Positions 47,417-62,175 are shown, counted from the stretch's first letter. The stretch is DNA of 64,000 bases from Octopus vulgaris (GCA_951406725.2 OX597842.1:13268001-13332000), one strand, 5' to 3'. The notes: a model not told the origin generated them from the letters alone. Numbers and translations are program-made.

Positions 47417-47813
47417 TTAAACTTAAATGTTGAAGTGAATCGAACGGCTTTTGTGTGTTTCTTAAATGGCTTACAAACACCTTCCACGCTGCAATTGTTT
47501 TCGTTTCAGCACACGATCTCAGATCAAATTACTTGCTATGCGAGTACACTTCCGTAAAGTATAAATATAGTTAATCCAAAAAAGAAAGCACAAACAAACA
47601 CAACGCGAGGACGTAGAACAAATATAGTATTATTGGACGCTCAGGAAAGAAGGAAAGAAGGAGGGTTTAGCGTTTCGAGCGGAGCTCTTCATCGGAAACA
47701 TAGAAAAAGGAAAGATTTAAGGAAGGGAAGAAAGGAAAAAAATCTCGAACGGTACACACGAGGTCACATTTTGAAAGACCGGTAGGAAAAGTGTGAAGAA
47801 AGATGTTTTCAAA

Positions 47814-47857
<44 letters not shown>

Positions 47858-48511
47858 CATGTTTGTAGACAACAAACAGGTGTATTACTTTAACGCTCGG
47901 GAAGTGAAAATTCTTTAACGTTTCGAACCAACGCTCCTCCACAGGAAGGAACACAAAAGAAACAAGGAAAGATACAAAAAAAAACTAATAAACTAAAATA
48001 AAACAAAATACCAAACGACTAAAAATATTTTTAAATGTTCTTTTTTACTCCCTTCATAAAACCTACGTCCAAAAAGTTCAATTCTTAAAACCATGGTAGA
48101 TTACAGTCCATGAGCATAGAGATTTCCTCAAGGTCAATTCAAACAAACCTATGGCCATTTCGATTATATTAAAGTGCATAACGGCAATGTCCCTCTCTTC
48201 AGGATGAATAGGAACCAGGAAACACGCATAGAGCAAAACTAAAAAGTTCATACAACGCCACATGGCTAATTTTAAGATAAACCCGTCATTGCAGCAAAAT
48301 TTTCTAACACATAAAGAAACACCGAATTATTTTATTGCTAAACATGCAGGTGGCTGTTGTTAATAGAAATAATTACATCACTTTGTTAATGTGATTAAAT
48401 GTGTTACTGATCAAACCAACGAAATAGTCAGCTTCTTACTGTAAAATTTAAAAACTATTTTTGTTCGTAGTTGTTTTATGGGTTTGTAAACAAACTTCTA
48501 TGTGCTTTCTG

Positions 48512-50045
48512 TGATATTTGAGGCCAGCAAAAGACAGGCATGATATGTCACAGACTGTGCATACAAAAGGTCATTGTCATTCACCTTCTCGATCGTTACA
48601 TTCTTCCTTAGATCTCGTTTGAGTCTTATTTGCGTTAACCTCACCCCACTCCACACCTTTGTTCGCCATCCAACTCGATCCGAAGCAAGGGTTTCTATAT
48701 CTTCTGGGACCATTCCAAGTGACTTCATAGTAGTCCTTATACAGTTTACAACTTTTAACATTTTGAGTACGTTAGGACCAAACTGTCGATATTTTAGGCA
48801 TTATCGAAAAATCTATTTTTCCACGCAATAGATAATGGTCAGTTCAGCTTTCTGCTCTACTCATGACCTGAATACTAGAAACGACTTTCATATCATGTTT
48901 CCTGATCTGAATATTATCTTTGAGATGCCAGTGCTTAGATCTTGGGTACAACCAGGTGGTTTTATATTTATTTTTCTGCTTAAACAGACTGTTGGTGACA
49001 ACCAGATTATTCTCAGTACAAAACGTCAAAAGAGCTACTCCATTTTTATTGCATTATCCAATCTCACATCGACCTAAACCAGGCTATGAAACATAGTCCT
49101 TTCCACCTCTTACATTGAAATCTCCCAATATGACCGGCTAGTCAGAAATTGGTACTTTCCTCAATAATTGTGCTAGAACGTCAAAAGTCTGTCCTACAGT
49201 TTCATCAGAATGGGACATTGTTGGCGTATAAACACTGACAACGGTAAGAAACCTACCTTTTGTCAGTTTAATATGGCATGACATGGTTCGTTCAGATATA
49301 CCACTTGGAAGCTCTGCAATGGAGGATACTAATGAATTCTTGAGAGCAAATCCAACACCAGATACTTTACACTGACCCTTGGGTATGCCTCTCCAAAAAT
49401 AGTATATCCATAAGTAGGTTCATTTACTTGACCCATACCAGAGAGACCAATTTCAGAGAGCGCAACTATATCAAGGGAATATTTCTTGAGATCATATGCA
49501 ATAAGTGCAGTACACCTTTCTGGCCTTTTGTTGAAATTATCATCGAGACGTGTGCGCACATTGCAGAAACCAAAATTCAAAGGATGTTTATTTTGCTTTT
49601 CCTTGAAGATTGTTTGACCACAGTGGCAGGAGGACGACCGGGTCCAGCCTGTGATACACTGGGACACCTGCCGAGCCAGACCTGTTCCCCTGACGTTCCC
49701 AATCCTTTGGAATATGTTTGTGACATCTTAGAGTAAGTTAGAAGTGCATCTTTAAGTTTCCGGCAACCAACCAATTCAATGATTTTCCTAAAATATGGAG
49801 TTCAGGAAGTACCTGTGCAGATAAATAAGTTTCAGTGGGTGTAGCTCTCACTGCAATATTGGCCCAAGAAGACTTTCGACAGTGTGACATAAAAATTGAC
49901 AAAACCAGGAACATCCAAGACATCAGGTTTTATTTCGGAGATTTCCTTCTACTAGGTAGATTACCAACCAAGATTAAAGAGCTTCTATAAGCCCATGACG
50001 TAAGCTATCCCATCCAAGACACCAAAGCAACACTCAGACATTGGT
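48512..50045 (-). mobile_element. Internally deleted copy of the RTE LINE at 57236-60880
   Basis: Collinear with 57346-57577 joined to 59577-60880; FGFCNVRT..RPERCTALIA. Confidence 0.85.
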
Positions 50046-50371
50046 GATCGAAGTGGAGTAGCACATTCATAAAAAAAGGAAGGTACGATATGTGATTTGA
50101 AAATGTAAATAAGTATTATATATAAATATAAAAAGTAAAAGATATGCGATAAATATAAATGTATATATAAAAGTATACATATATATACACATATAGAGAA
50201 ATAAAAAGGTATGATGTGTGAATAAACAATATTGTATAAAGAAAAGAAAAAGATATGCAATTATAAGATATAAAATAATATACATAAAGTAAAAATATAC
50301 ATATATATATAAATATACATATATATATAAATATACATATATATATATATAAATATACATATATATAATAA

Positions 50372-50427
<56 letters not shown>

Positions 50428-50897
50428 AAGTTATATGCACATTAACAGATATTTTGTTGGATGGCCGTTGACTGTTCAGGAGTTCATTATACATACATAC
50501 ATTTATATATATACATCATACATACATACATACATATATACATACAGGCATACATACATACATATACATACATAAATATATATACACACACATATATGTC
50601 CATGTATGTACGTAATGTACGTATGTATGTAAGTATGTATGTATGTATGTATGTATGTATGTATGTATGTATGTATGTATGTATATGTATGAATGTTTGT
50701 TTGTATGCATGCACAAAATGCTTCACTTGATGTATCATATTCACATATATGCAACACGCACTCGTAGTCCATCACGCAAGTTCACAAACAAATACGTGCT
50801 GCAACTGGGCGTGGGTGAAATTATACGAAATGACAATTTGAAAGAGCGGGAAAGGGAAGATGCGACGAATAATATCAAAAAGACTGGTCTAACTTAC

Positions 50898-50969
50898 AAA
50901 TCTGTTAAATTAGGAAGATTTTGAAAGGTTCCTGGTTTGATTTCGTTTATATGATTGGAAAGCCATTTC
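50898..50969 (-). CDS. LRR exon (72 bp, phase 2-2): KWLSNHINEIKPGTFQNLPNLTD(L)
   Basis: Acceptor gttacag, donor gtaagt, 72 nt, open; one consensus Leu reads Trp (TGG). Confidence 0.82.
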
Positions 50970-51829
50970 CTGTAACATAAATTTGAGTTGATTAGAAATT
51001 GTGTAGAACAAGATCGGTGATAAAATGTCACGCATTGTGGATAAAGAACTGGATGATGGAGAAAGGGTAACTAGATTATAATGACGTTGAAGATCATGAT
51101 GATGGGTATGATGGTGGCGATGTTAGTGGTAAATATTATATGAAGGAGGAGGAGGGGAGGGGGAAGAGGGGAGGAAAAGGAAGAATGTGGTGATGGTGTT
51201 GATGACGATGATGTTATGATGCTAATGATGGGATTAATTACCTTGATTGTAATTATTTCTGAGGGTGTTGTCGATTATCGTTCATGATACTGATGATGAT
51301 GATGTTGATGGTGATGGTGTTATGATGATGAAGCAAACGATGATGAACTATACGATATTGATGATTAAAATACAGATGGCAAAGACCCTGGGGACATTCA
51401 TGATGACAAGAACGAGGACGATTAGGGTTAGGGTGAGGGTTAGGTCATGGCGTCGATGGTGGTGACATAAATAGTACAAGTATTAGTTGAGAAGAAAAGA
51501 AAAAAAAATAGTTGAAAGAGTAAGAAGGAGAAAAAGGAAAAGAAGTTGAAGAAGAATGAAGAGAAAAGAAGGAACAGAAGAAGAAGAAGAAGAAGAGAAG
51601 AAGAAGAAGAAGAAGAAGAAGACGAAGAAGGAGAACACATGTTAATACCGTTACATACAAGAATCTATGCACAATATGAGTGTGTGTGTGTGTGTGTGTG
51701 TGTGTGTCGAAATAGACACACTCTTACATAGATCTCTATATATGTATACACATGTACACATCTCCGTTTGTGGGCTCGCATGGGGGGGGGGCAGAAGTAT
51801 GTAGAATTGGTGTGTTCAATTGTAAATGA

Positions 51830-53370
51830 GATTAAGATAAAGAAACATTGATCATAGAACAAACATCAAATGTGAGTCAACGATTTTATATATAACACCA
51901 TACCTCGATCATTTAGTCATATGTAAATATTACCATGGTCCTTGAACATATAAAATATACATTTACATAAAAAAAGAGAAGGTAAAATTATATATGCGAA
52001 TAAAATAAAAAATATATAGAACAGCCTATCAAAAAGGTAAATATAAAAGACTAAAAATTCCTAAGAATTATAAAGCGTGTCACGCTACAAAAAAAAACTA
52101 ATAAACTAAGATAAAACAAAATATCAAACGACTAAAAATATTTTTAAAAGTTCTTTTTTACTCCCTTCACAAAACGTACGTCCAAAATGTTCAATTCTTA
52201 AAACCATGGTAGGTTACAGTCCATGAGCAAAGAGAGTTCCACAAGGTCAATTCAAACAAACCTATGGCCATTTCGATTATATTAAAGTGCATAACGGCAA
52301 TGTCCCTCTCTTCAGGATGAACAGGAACCAGGAAACACGCACAGAGCAAAACTAAAATGTTCATACAACGCCACATGGCTAATTTTAAGATAAACCCGTC
52401 ATTGCAGCAACATTTTCTAACACATAAAGAAACACCGAATTAGTTTATTGCTAAACATGCAGGTGGCTGTTGTTAATAGAAATTTATACTCGCTGGTTTC
52501 AAAACCCTATAAAATTAACCATTATTTACTACATCTACTTTCATTTCTAAACACTTTCAGAAAAGTAGACGAAAACTTATGGGTGTAAAAAGGGATCACC
52601 TCAGTAAATTTATTTAAGCCCAAAAGACTTAAGGATGGCAAGGGATTCCCTTACACATAACTTTCACTTATTTATATTAACTCTGAAATAAGGAGCCCTC
52701 GAAATAACAGACCATTCAAGAGAATATCTTTTAGTTATTCCTCTTTAAACTCTGTATATAAGAATCAAATGTAGTAGAATAACAGTATTCATCGTTGGAA
52801 AACGAATTCATGTGAGCCCTATACATAGTCTTAAAATTTACAGCACTGCCTATATAAAACTTATCCAAATTACCATCCTCTTTAACAAAGCATTTATATA
52901 TTGCATTAGTAGAGAAACAAAGCCAATCAAGGAGACATAATACAGTGTTTCTACAATTATATGATTTACCAAAGCCATTCCTAACTTTATTACTACAACT
53001 GACATTATTTGTCTGGCTTCCCACCTTCTTTCCTTCAGATATCCCATTACTGGGGTTCGAAAAGACTGGGGAAGCAAATGGTTTGTAGCACTAAACTTAG
53101 GCATATAAGAGAATACCTGGCCAGAACCAGGGTTTTCCAGCAGAAGAATACTTCCTCAGCCCTTGCCCAATTAACTTGCTTCTATTAAGAGACGCAATAA
53201 TGGAGGCCATAGTTGGCATTACTGAGTAAGAGAATTTGATGGAAGACTTATTGCAAATGCTGCAGTATTTATGATTGTTTGGGAAAATCTTCTTCAGAAT
53301 CTTAAACAACAATTTGGTCAAGGTTCTTTCTCTAAGAGAAAAAGTCAGGGGCGAACCATCTTATATCCCG
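51830..53370 (-). mobile_element. 3' fragment of a second Penelope-like family (GIY-YIG + pLTR with HHR at 52258-52320); paralogue at 62688-64000
   Basis: IFPNNHKY..I.N..SIKFSYS.MP, NAIYKC...FYIG..NFK..Y..H..SF; HHR atc-CTGAAGA-ga...tc-GAAA-tggcca-TA-ggt also at 48145, 55118 and 62998. Confidence 0.8.
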
Positions 53371-53518
53371 TATGCTAGAACGTGAGCTCTTGCTTTTATT
53401 ATCTCCTCTTTTCCACTATTTCGCTTCCTGTATCTATTCCTAACATCTTTACATATGTCACACCCTACAATCTCGATGGACTGGATCCACCCACTACCAG
53501 AACACATGATAACGACCC

Positions 53519-53549
<31 letters not shown>

Positions 53550-53780
53550 CATGCGTGCATAAAATGGTTCGTCTGAGGTGTCACACTCACATATATAAAA
53601 ACAGATACTCTTATTCCCTCAGACATGACATTCACAAGCAATCATACGTTCTTATTAGGGGAGAGTGAGAATATTGGGAGAGAATAAGTGAGAGAGTGGG
53701 AAAGTAAGGTTGTGAAGATATTAAAGATTTAGAAAGATATTGTCAATGAAATGCTAGCAACAAGTCTGATCTTTACTTAC

Positions 53781-53852
53781 AATGTTCTTAAACTGGGGAG
53801 ATTTTGAAAGGATCCGGCTTTGAGTTCTTTTATATCATTTTTATGCAAATAT
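53781..53852 (-). CDS. LRR exon (72 bp, phase 2-2): YLHKNDIKELKAGSFQNLPSLRT(L)
   Basis: Minus strand acceptor tctttcag, donor gtaagt, exactly 72 nt, open; matches the 24-aa typical LRR xLxxNxIxxLxxGxFxxLPxLxxL. Confidence 0.88.
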
Positions 53853-54419
53853 CTGAAAGATTAAATTCATTTGAAAAGAAATATCATGGATTAGGTATCT
53901 GATAAAATGACACATATTATGACAAAATAATAAGATGAGGGACAAAGAAAGTAGGTAATGATGAGGATGAATTTCATGATGATGGTCATAACGGAGTCGG
54001 TAGTAGTGATAAATATGAGGCGGAGGAATGTACTGGTAGTGGTGATGAAGATACTGTCATGCGGTTGAAGGTGGAAATAATAATATTGCTGATGAAGACA
54101 ATAATAAGTTAGACAATGTTGATGCTTGAGAACAGAAGATGATGACGAAGATCATGATGACGGTGGTGGCAACAAAAACGCGACAGCATAATGATGATGG
54201 ATGGTGAGCATGGAGGTGATGATTTAGTAGAAGTATTAGATGAATAGGAAAACTTGTGACACACAAGAAGAAATTGTATTTCCTCTCACACCGTCTCCGA
54301 TGAAGGAATATTATTAATTAATATCCCAGAAACAGCTGTAAAACCTTCTATCTATAAATGCTCTAATATCTATACAGACTTGGTTTTTATCTCATTACGA
54401 AAAAAATTATTATATATAA

Positions 54420-54499
<80 letters not shown>

Positions 54500-56058
54500 T
54501 TGTAGACAACAAACAGGTGTTTTAGTATAACGCTCGGGAAGTGAAAAATCTTGAACGTTTTGAGCCAACGCTCCTCCACAGGAAGGAACACAGAAAGAAA
54601 CAAGGAGAGATAATAAAGAAGGTGAGAAAATAAAGAAAGCAAAAGGAGAAAATAAAGTGAAAAAATAAAAAAGTGCTCAATTGTAAATGAGATTAAGATA
54701 AAGAAACATTGATCATAGAACAAAAATCAAATGTGAGTCAATGATTTCATATATAACACCATACCTCCATCATTTAGTCATATGTAAATATTACCATGGT
54801 CCTTAAACATATAAAATATACATATACATAAAAACACAGAAGGTAAAAATATATATGCGAATAAAAAAAATATATATAGAACAGCCTATCAAAAAGGTAA
54901 ATATAAAAAACTAAAAATTCCTAAGAATTATAAAGCGTGTCACGCTACCAATAAAACTAATAAACTAAGATGAAACAAAATATCAAATAACTAAAAATAT
55001 TTTTTAAAGTTCTATTTTACTCCCTTCATAAAACCTACGTCCAAAAAGTTCAATTCTTAAAACCATGGTAGGTTACAGTCCATGAGCAAAGAGATTTCCA
55101 CAAGGTCAATTCAAACAAACCTATGGCCATTTCGATTATATTAAAGTGTATAAACGGCAATGTCCCTCTCTTCATGATGAACAGGAACCAGGAAACACGC
55201 ACAGAGCAAAACTAAAAAGTTCATACAACGCCACATGGCTAATTGTAAGATAAACCCGTCATTGCAGCAAAATTTTCTAACACATAAAGAAACACCGAAT
55301 TATTTTATTGCTAAACATGCAGGTGGCTGTTGTTAAGAGAAATAATTACATCACTTTGTTAATGTGATTAAGTGTGTTACTGAGAACACGAACGAAATAG
55401 TCAGCTTCTTATTGTCAAATTTAAAAACTATATTAGTTCGTAGTTGTTTTTGGGTTTGTAAACAAACTTCTATGTGCTTTCGGTGCAAATGGTTTTGCTA
55501 AACGGTGTCAAGTTTTACTATTCTGTATTTAAAAATAATGGTATTTTATAAGTTTAAAGCTGATAGCGATCGCCGTGCAACGACTAAGGACAATAGTCTA
55601 ATAATTGGGCAAATAAAACCTCGACAGAAAAAAGTAAGCTTTCCCATCCTCGTGGGACTCGAACCCGTATTCTTTTGTTAACGCGTCGACGTCTCACCGT
55701 CTATACCAGCTAAATGGCCTGCTTCTTTATTATTATGTAAAGAAAAGTAAAACTCAACACCGTCTAATAAACTCATTTGCACCGAAAGCGCATAGAAGTT
55801 TGTTTAAAAAAACACTATGAGCTAATATAGTTCTTAAATTTGACTGTAAGAAGCAGCCTAGCTCGCTGGTATAATCGGTAACACACGTAGGGATTGAGGG
55901 ATGTGGTTTCGGGTCCCACGCGAATGGGAAAGCCTACTTCTTTTTCTGTCGAGAGTTTATATACTCCATTATTACACTATTTTCCTTAATCATTGCACGA
56001 TGGTCACTTTAAATTATAAATTACTTATATATATACATACACACACACACACACACAC

Positions 56059-56105
<47 letters not shown>

Positions 56106-56106
<1 letters not shown>

Positions 56107-57240
56107 AAAATAAGCAACAAGAATGATTCCAGTAATTTGGTACAATTGTTTCATACTACAACTTTTTATGAAAAGCTGTAAATATTACAGCAGATTTAAG
56201 ATGCTGAGTACTCTTCAGCCAATTTATATAGGTTTTCCAATAATATAACAGCTTTCAAATCAAGTCGTAACATTTTAGGGAAGGTAAATATACAGATAAA
56301 GATGTGAATATGAATCTTAATAACATATGAGGGTATGTAGTTCAGATGCTAACTGACCAAAGCTCTGCTTGCAACTGACTGCTATAAGAAATTTTTAGTT
56401 TTAGGAATGAGGGTAAGGGAAGGTTTTAGAATACCATAAAAGGAATTCAAGTTGGCTGTACTTCTAACAGTAGCTTTCTTTATCTCGGATGTTCGGTGGA
56501 TTTTAAAAAACGTTTTAACAACCATTTTTCCTTTTTTAGACTAAAACATAAGGCAGGTTGCACTACACTGTCTAGCAAAATTTGGGAACTAAAAACAAAT
56601 AATATAGGATACAACCTAAAATGGGATATAGTTAGAAAGACAAAACCTTATAGAAATAGTAGGGTAGGCTGTCAACTTCGTTCTATGGAAACCTATGAAA
56701 TTTTAAAGTATCGAAGTAATAAAAATCTGTTGAATAATCGTCTCGAGTTGAGATAATCTTGCATACATTCCACAACTCGAACTTATTAATACTTTAAATT
56801 ATTATTTGAGTATTCCTATATTATTCAAACTTTAACTTTTTAATATAATATTAATATGAAATATACTATACTAACCTTTAACTTAACTTTCATAGATGAC
56901 TAGAAAAACTTCACTGTAATCTTGAAATTGGAACTTTCCCTAAATCTAATCTAGTTTTAAAATTTAAAGCTATTCCCCAGTTATAAAATACGATATCTAC
57001 TAAAAATAAGTGATAGTTTTGTTTCCCTTACCCTTTGTAAAAGAATTTAATGATCTCTCGACACTGACCTAGTTTACTTCTCACCACATAGAAAAATTGG
57101 CTTTTTGTTTAGTGACAACCTGAATTCCTTTATGGAATTCTGAATTCCTCCTCTTTCTACAACCAACTTGAATTCCTTTTAAGGTATTCTAAAACCTTCT
57201 CTTACCCTCATTCCTAAAACTAAAATTTCTTATAGCAGTC
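56106..57240 (+). mobile_element. Penelope-like 3' fragment (GIY-YIG C-terminus 56496-56756) with an inverted 5' pLTR
   Basis: FKKRFNNH..F....TTLS.KIWELK...LKWDIV...LLNNR.E; 56377-56460 is inverted at 57158-57240. Confidence 0.8.
56137..56222 (-). ncRNA. Type I hammerhead ribozyme with canonical core
   Basis: ttgg-CTGAAGA-gtact...agtat-GAAA-caattg-TA-ccaa. Confidence 0.8.
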
Positions 57241-60200
57241 TGACGTTGGATTTGCAAGCTTTCTAGCATACATTGCATTCAACGGTGTACACAGACATAT
57301 AGGCAAAATAGTTGTTGGAGGTTCGTTTTCCATGCGTTCGCAGATGAGATTTGAGGCCAGCAAAAGACAGGCATGATATGTCACAGACTGTGCATACAAA
57401 AGGTCATTGTCATTCACCTTTTCGATCGTTACATTCTTCCTTAGATCTCGTTTGAGTCTTATTTGCGTTATCCTCACCCCACTCCACACCTTTGTTCGCC
57501 ATCCAACTCGATCCGAAGCAAGGGTTTCTATATCTTCCGGAACCATTCCAAGTGACTTCATAGTAGTCCTTATACAGTCCTTAAACCTCTTTTTAGATTT
57601 ACGCCAATAGCATTCCCCCTCTGCAAACTCGCCATGAAACAGCTGTTTCGGCATGCGTTCATCTGCCGTTCGAACAATACGGCTACACCATCTCAATTGG
57701 TTCCTCAAAATCATAGCTTTAATCGAGGTGATGCCTGCAGATGCAAGGACATCTGTGTTTGGAATAAAAGAACTCCATTTAATTTTTAAAATGCGTTGAA
57801 GGCATTTTTGGTGGAATTGTTGTAACAGTTTAAAATGCCTTTCATAACAAGTCCAAGTTTCACAGGAATACAACAGGGATGGTAAGACAAATGATATTAA
57901 AGTCACAGCTTTGTATTCTTATTTATATTTCGCTGGTACCAAACGCGTGACACCAAGCCACCAAATGCTTTTGCTGCCCTTTGAATTCGCTGCTGTATTT
58001 CTGTATCAAGATTTCCATCATTTTGAAGAGAGCCTCCAAGTTAGACGAACGAATCAACAGCCGCGAGTAACTTTCCCTTGACAAAAATTTTAGTGGGTTA
58101 CAAACAGCACCACACACAGGGTGATGCATAACAACTGTTTTTTTTTTCAAGTCGATGGTCAAACCAAAATCAACACAAGCAGAGACAAATGCAGATACCA
58201 GAGACTGCAGACCTGTTTGAGAATTACTGACAAGATCGCAATCTTCAGCATACAAAGTTCCCTAATGAATGAAGTAAAAACCTTCGTTTTCAATTTCAGT
58301 CTGGTCAGATTATAAACATTCCCTGTTGTTCGATATTTTATGTAAATACCCTCCTAAGAGTTTTGAAAAGCAATATATATTGCAACAGCAATATATATTG
58401 CAAAGAGCGTGGGTGAATAAAGGTCTCCTTGCTTCACTCCATCTTCCACAGCAAAAGATTTCGAGGGCCTACCACTATAATTAACTCTAGCTTTTATATC
58501 TTGATGCAAAGCTCTGACCATATTTACAAATTTTCAGGGCAACATTTTCTAAGAATTAGTCACAGAGCCTTTCGATTAACAGTTTCGAATGCGTTGCTCA
58601 AATCAACAAAGCAATGGTATAGAGTAAAATTCTGTTTAATGCACTTTTCTAGTAATTGTCTGACAGTAAAGATACAATCATCTGTGCTCCTGGAGGAACG
58701 AAAACCACTCTAAGATTCAGACACTATATTTGGAACTATGAAGATATTTAATACCCTCCTCAGAGTTTTAAAAAGCGATATATAATTACCACACAGATCC
58801 TTTGGCCCCGATTTATACAAGGAGACTAAAATGGCATCAATCCAGTCTTGAGGCACTTTCTCAGTTCTCCGACAGTGGCAAATTAATATATTTAGGAGTT
58901 CAAACATTTTGTCACCCTTATATTTCAAGACTTCTGCACAGGTTCCATCAGACCCTGGATACTTTCACAGTTAAATAAATGTCATTCAGAGTTGGTTCAA
59001 ATGCCATCTCTTCTATAACTGGAAGGTGATCAATTTTTTTCTATCGTCCTCAGCTCAACGGCTGAGGGTCTATTCAAAAGTGAAGAAAAATATTCTACCC
59101 AAAGATTATGAATAGAAGCACTGCCAGTCAGAAGAAAATGTCCATTTGCTGTTCTCACTGGAGCAATTGAAGACGATTTGAGGCCATATACCTCCTTCAC
59201 ATAAGACTACAAACCCTTGGCATCATTTCTATCAGCTTTTGTGCCCTTTTTGCTCTATCATTTCACCATTCCTGTTTAATTTTCCTTAGAGTAGTCTGCA
59301 CTTTCCTTTTCAGTTTTCTGTAAACTTCGTTTGAGATGGGGTTCAAGGACTGAGAAAGAAGTGTATTGTGCCTACGTTTTGCTTTTCTAAAAGTAGATTA
59401 TGAATTTCTGCTGATCTATCTAAGTACCAGTCACTGGATTTAGGAGTTTAAATCCTATTGACGAACTTGCAGCCTGAAATACTTTTGTTCTGAAATCTTC
59501 CAATAGATTGTTTGGGTCAAGATTGATACTTTCTATAGCATCGTGGAATCTTTGCAAGTTGCTTGATAAATTAATGTTTACAAATTTTAACTTTTTAAGT
59601 ACGTTAGGACAAGACTGTCGATATTGTAGGCATTATCGGAAAATCTATTTTTCCACGCACTAGATAATGGTCAGTTCAGCTTTCTGCTCTACTCATGACC
59701 TGAATGCTAGAAACGACTTTCATATCACGTTTCCTGATCTGAATATTATCTATGAGATGCCAGTGCTTAGATCTTGGGTACAACCAGGTGGTTTTATATT
59801 TATTTTTCTGCTTAAACAGACTGTTGGTGACAACCAGATTATTCCCAGTACAAAACGTCAAAAGATCTACTCTATTTTTATTGCATTTTCCAACCCCACG
59901 TTGACCTAAACCAGGCTATGAAACATAGTCCTTTCCACCTCTTACATTGAAATCTCCCAATGTGACCGGCTTGTCAGAAATTGGTACTTTCCTCAATAAT
60001 TGTGCTAGATCGTCAAAAATCTGTCCTACAGTTTCATCAGAATGGGACATTGTTGGCGTGTAAATACTGACAACGGTAAGAAACCTACCTTTTGTCAGTT
60101 TAATATGGCATGACATGGTTCGTTCAGATATACCACTTGGAAGCTCTGCAATGGAGGATACTAAGGAATTCTTGAGAGCAAATCCAACACCAGATTCTCT

Positions 60201-60880
60201 ACGTTGACCCTTGTGTATGCCTCTCCAAAAGATAGTATATCCATAAGTAGGTTCATTTACTTGACCCTTACCAGAGAGACCAAATTCAGAGAGCGCAAAT
60301 ATATCAAGGAAATATTTCCTGAGCTCACATGCAATAAGTGCAGTACACCTTTCTGGCCTCTTATTGAAATTATCATCGAGACGTGTGCGCACATTGCAGA
60401 AACCAAAATTCAAAGGATGTTTATTTTGCTTTTCCTTGAAGATTGTTTGACCACAGTGGCAGGAGGACGACCGGGTCCAGCCTGTGATACACTGGGTACC
60501 TGCCGAGCTAGACCTGTTCCACTGACGTTCCCAAGTCTTTTTTGGCATTTACTGAATCTGTTTGTGACATCTTAGAGTAAGTTACAAGTACATTTTTAGG
60601 TTTCTGCCAACCAACCAATTCAATGATTTTGCTATGGAGTACAGGAAGTACCTGTGCAGATGAATAATTTTCAGTGGGTGTAGCTTGAACTGCAATATTG
60701 GCCCAAGAACACTTTCGCCAGTGTGACATGAAAATTGACAAAACCAGGAACATCCAAGACCTCAGGTTTTATTTCGGAGATTTCCTTCTCCTAGGTAGAT
60801 TACCAGCCAAGATTAAATAGCTTCTATAAGCCCATGACGTAAGCTATCCCATCCCAGACACCAAAGCGACACTTAGACAT
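57236..60880 (-). mobile_element. Full-length but decayed RTE-clade LINE
   Basis: CNVRT..RPERCTALIA.EL, LGDFNVR, TTWLYPRSKHWHLID, YAEDC, VLPSLLYSCETWT, QLRW...RMPKQLF.GE; many frameshifts. Confidence 0.9.
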
Positions 60881-61081
60881 TCTATAAAGGGATCAAATAG
60901 TAAAGGGATCAAAAAGTAAAAGATATGCGATAAATATAAGTGTATATATAAAAGTATACATATATATACACATATAGAGAAATAAAAAGGTATGATGTGT
61001 GAATAAACAATATTGTATAAAGAAAAGAAAAAGATATGCAATTATAAGATATAAAATAATATACATAAAGTAAAAATATAC

Positions 61082-61112
<31 letters not shown>

Positions 61113-61131
61113 AATATACATATATATAGAA

Positions 61132-61188
<57 letters not shown>

Positions 61189-61192
<4 letters not shown>

Positions 61193-62175
61193 TGAGGGAG
61201 ATAAATTAATATTAATTTTAATATCAATTTAAAACCAGTAGTCCAGCATTCAAAAAATCTGAGGAGTCAGAGAAAATTCAAATATATGTGTATATTGGCA
61301 GGGCTGGCCTGCTAGGTAGCCGGCCAGAATGCTAGAAGAAGACCATCAACGATCAAACTACAAGGGAAATTCTCTAGAGGAAGAATTCAGCGAACACCAG
61401 AACCAACTTTGGCGGGCAGGACATATGAAAAATTAAATAAATAACAGACTTAAATGCATACCTCGGTTTCGGTCTTAACAAAAGAATTACTTGCATAATT
61501 CAAGTGTCCGTGACTTCATCAGTACATTTGGTCCTCGAGATGCAAACCGCAAGACTAACCCCAGCTCTCTGTGTCAAGACAGACACGTGCTTAGTCTTAC
61601 TGATTACATCGGGAATAAAATTTCAAATGTCTTGGTTCTGGCGCGCTGAGAGACTCCTGAAGCGAAGGGCTGCAGTGAATGCTGGACTACTGGTTTTAAA
61701 TTGATATTAAAATTAATATTAATTTATCTCCCTCAATTTTTAAATATTTAAATAAATACGTTCCCTAGTTGTAAGCACTATCCGCAGTGAATTATTCACT
61801 GCAGCCCTTCGCTTCAGGAGTCTCTCAGCGCGCCAGAACCAAGACATTTGAAATTTTATTCCCGATGTAATCAGTAAGACTAAGCACGTGTCTGTCTTGA
61901 CACAGAGAGCTGGGGTTAGTCTTGCGGTTTGCATCTCGAGGACCAAATGTACTGATGAAGTCACGGACACTTGAATTATGCAAGTAATTCTTTTGTTAAG
62001 ACCGAAACCGAGGTATGCATTTAAGTCTGTTATTTATTTAATTTTTCATATGCCCTGCCCGCCAAAGTTGGTTCTGGTGTTCGCTGAATTCTTCCTCTAG
62101 AGAATTTCCCTTGTAGTTTGATCGTTGATGGTCTTCTTCTAGCATTCTGGCCGGCTACCTAGCAGGCCAGCCCTG

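Noticed and set aside
52191-52376. Signal-peptide-like ORF MWRCMN.LVLLCACFLVPVHP, in four copies
   Set aside because: It overlaps the hammerhead in a Penelope pseudo-LTR, and the copy at ~55050-55235 is frameshifted.
52731-56756. Possible selenocysteine recoding in the GIY-YIG fragments, known for some Penelope-like clades
   Set aside because: No in-frame TGA at the Cys positions read and no SECIS recognised.
60760-60880. HDV-like ribozyme expected at the RTE 5' end
   Set aside because: I could not fit the nested double pseudoknot by eye; the copy is too decayed.
61504-61970. Two near-identical ORFs on opposite strands
   Set aside because: A by-product of the DNA palindrome; GTG start and no recognisable domain.
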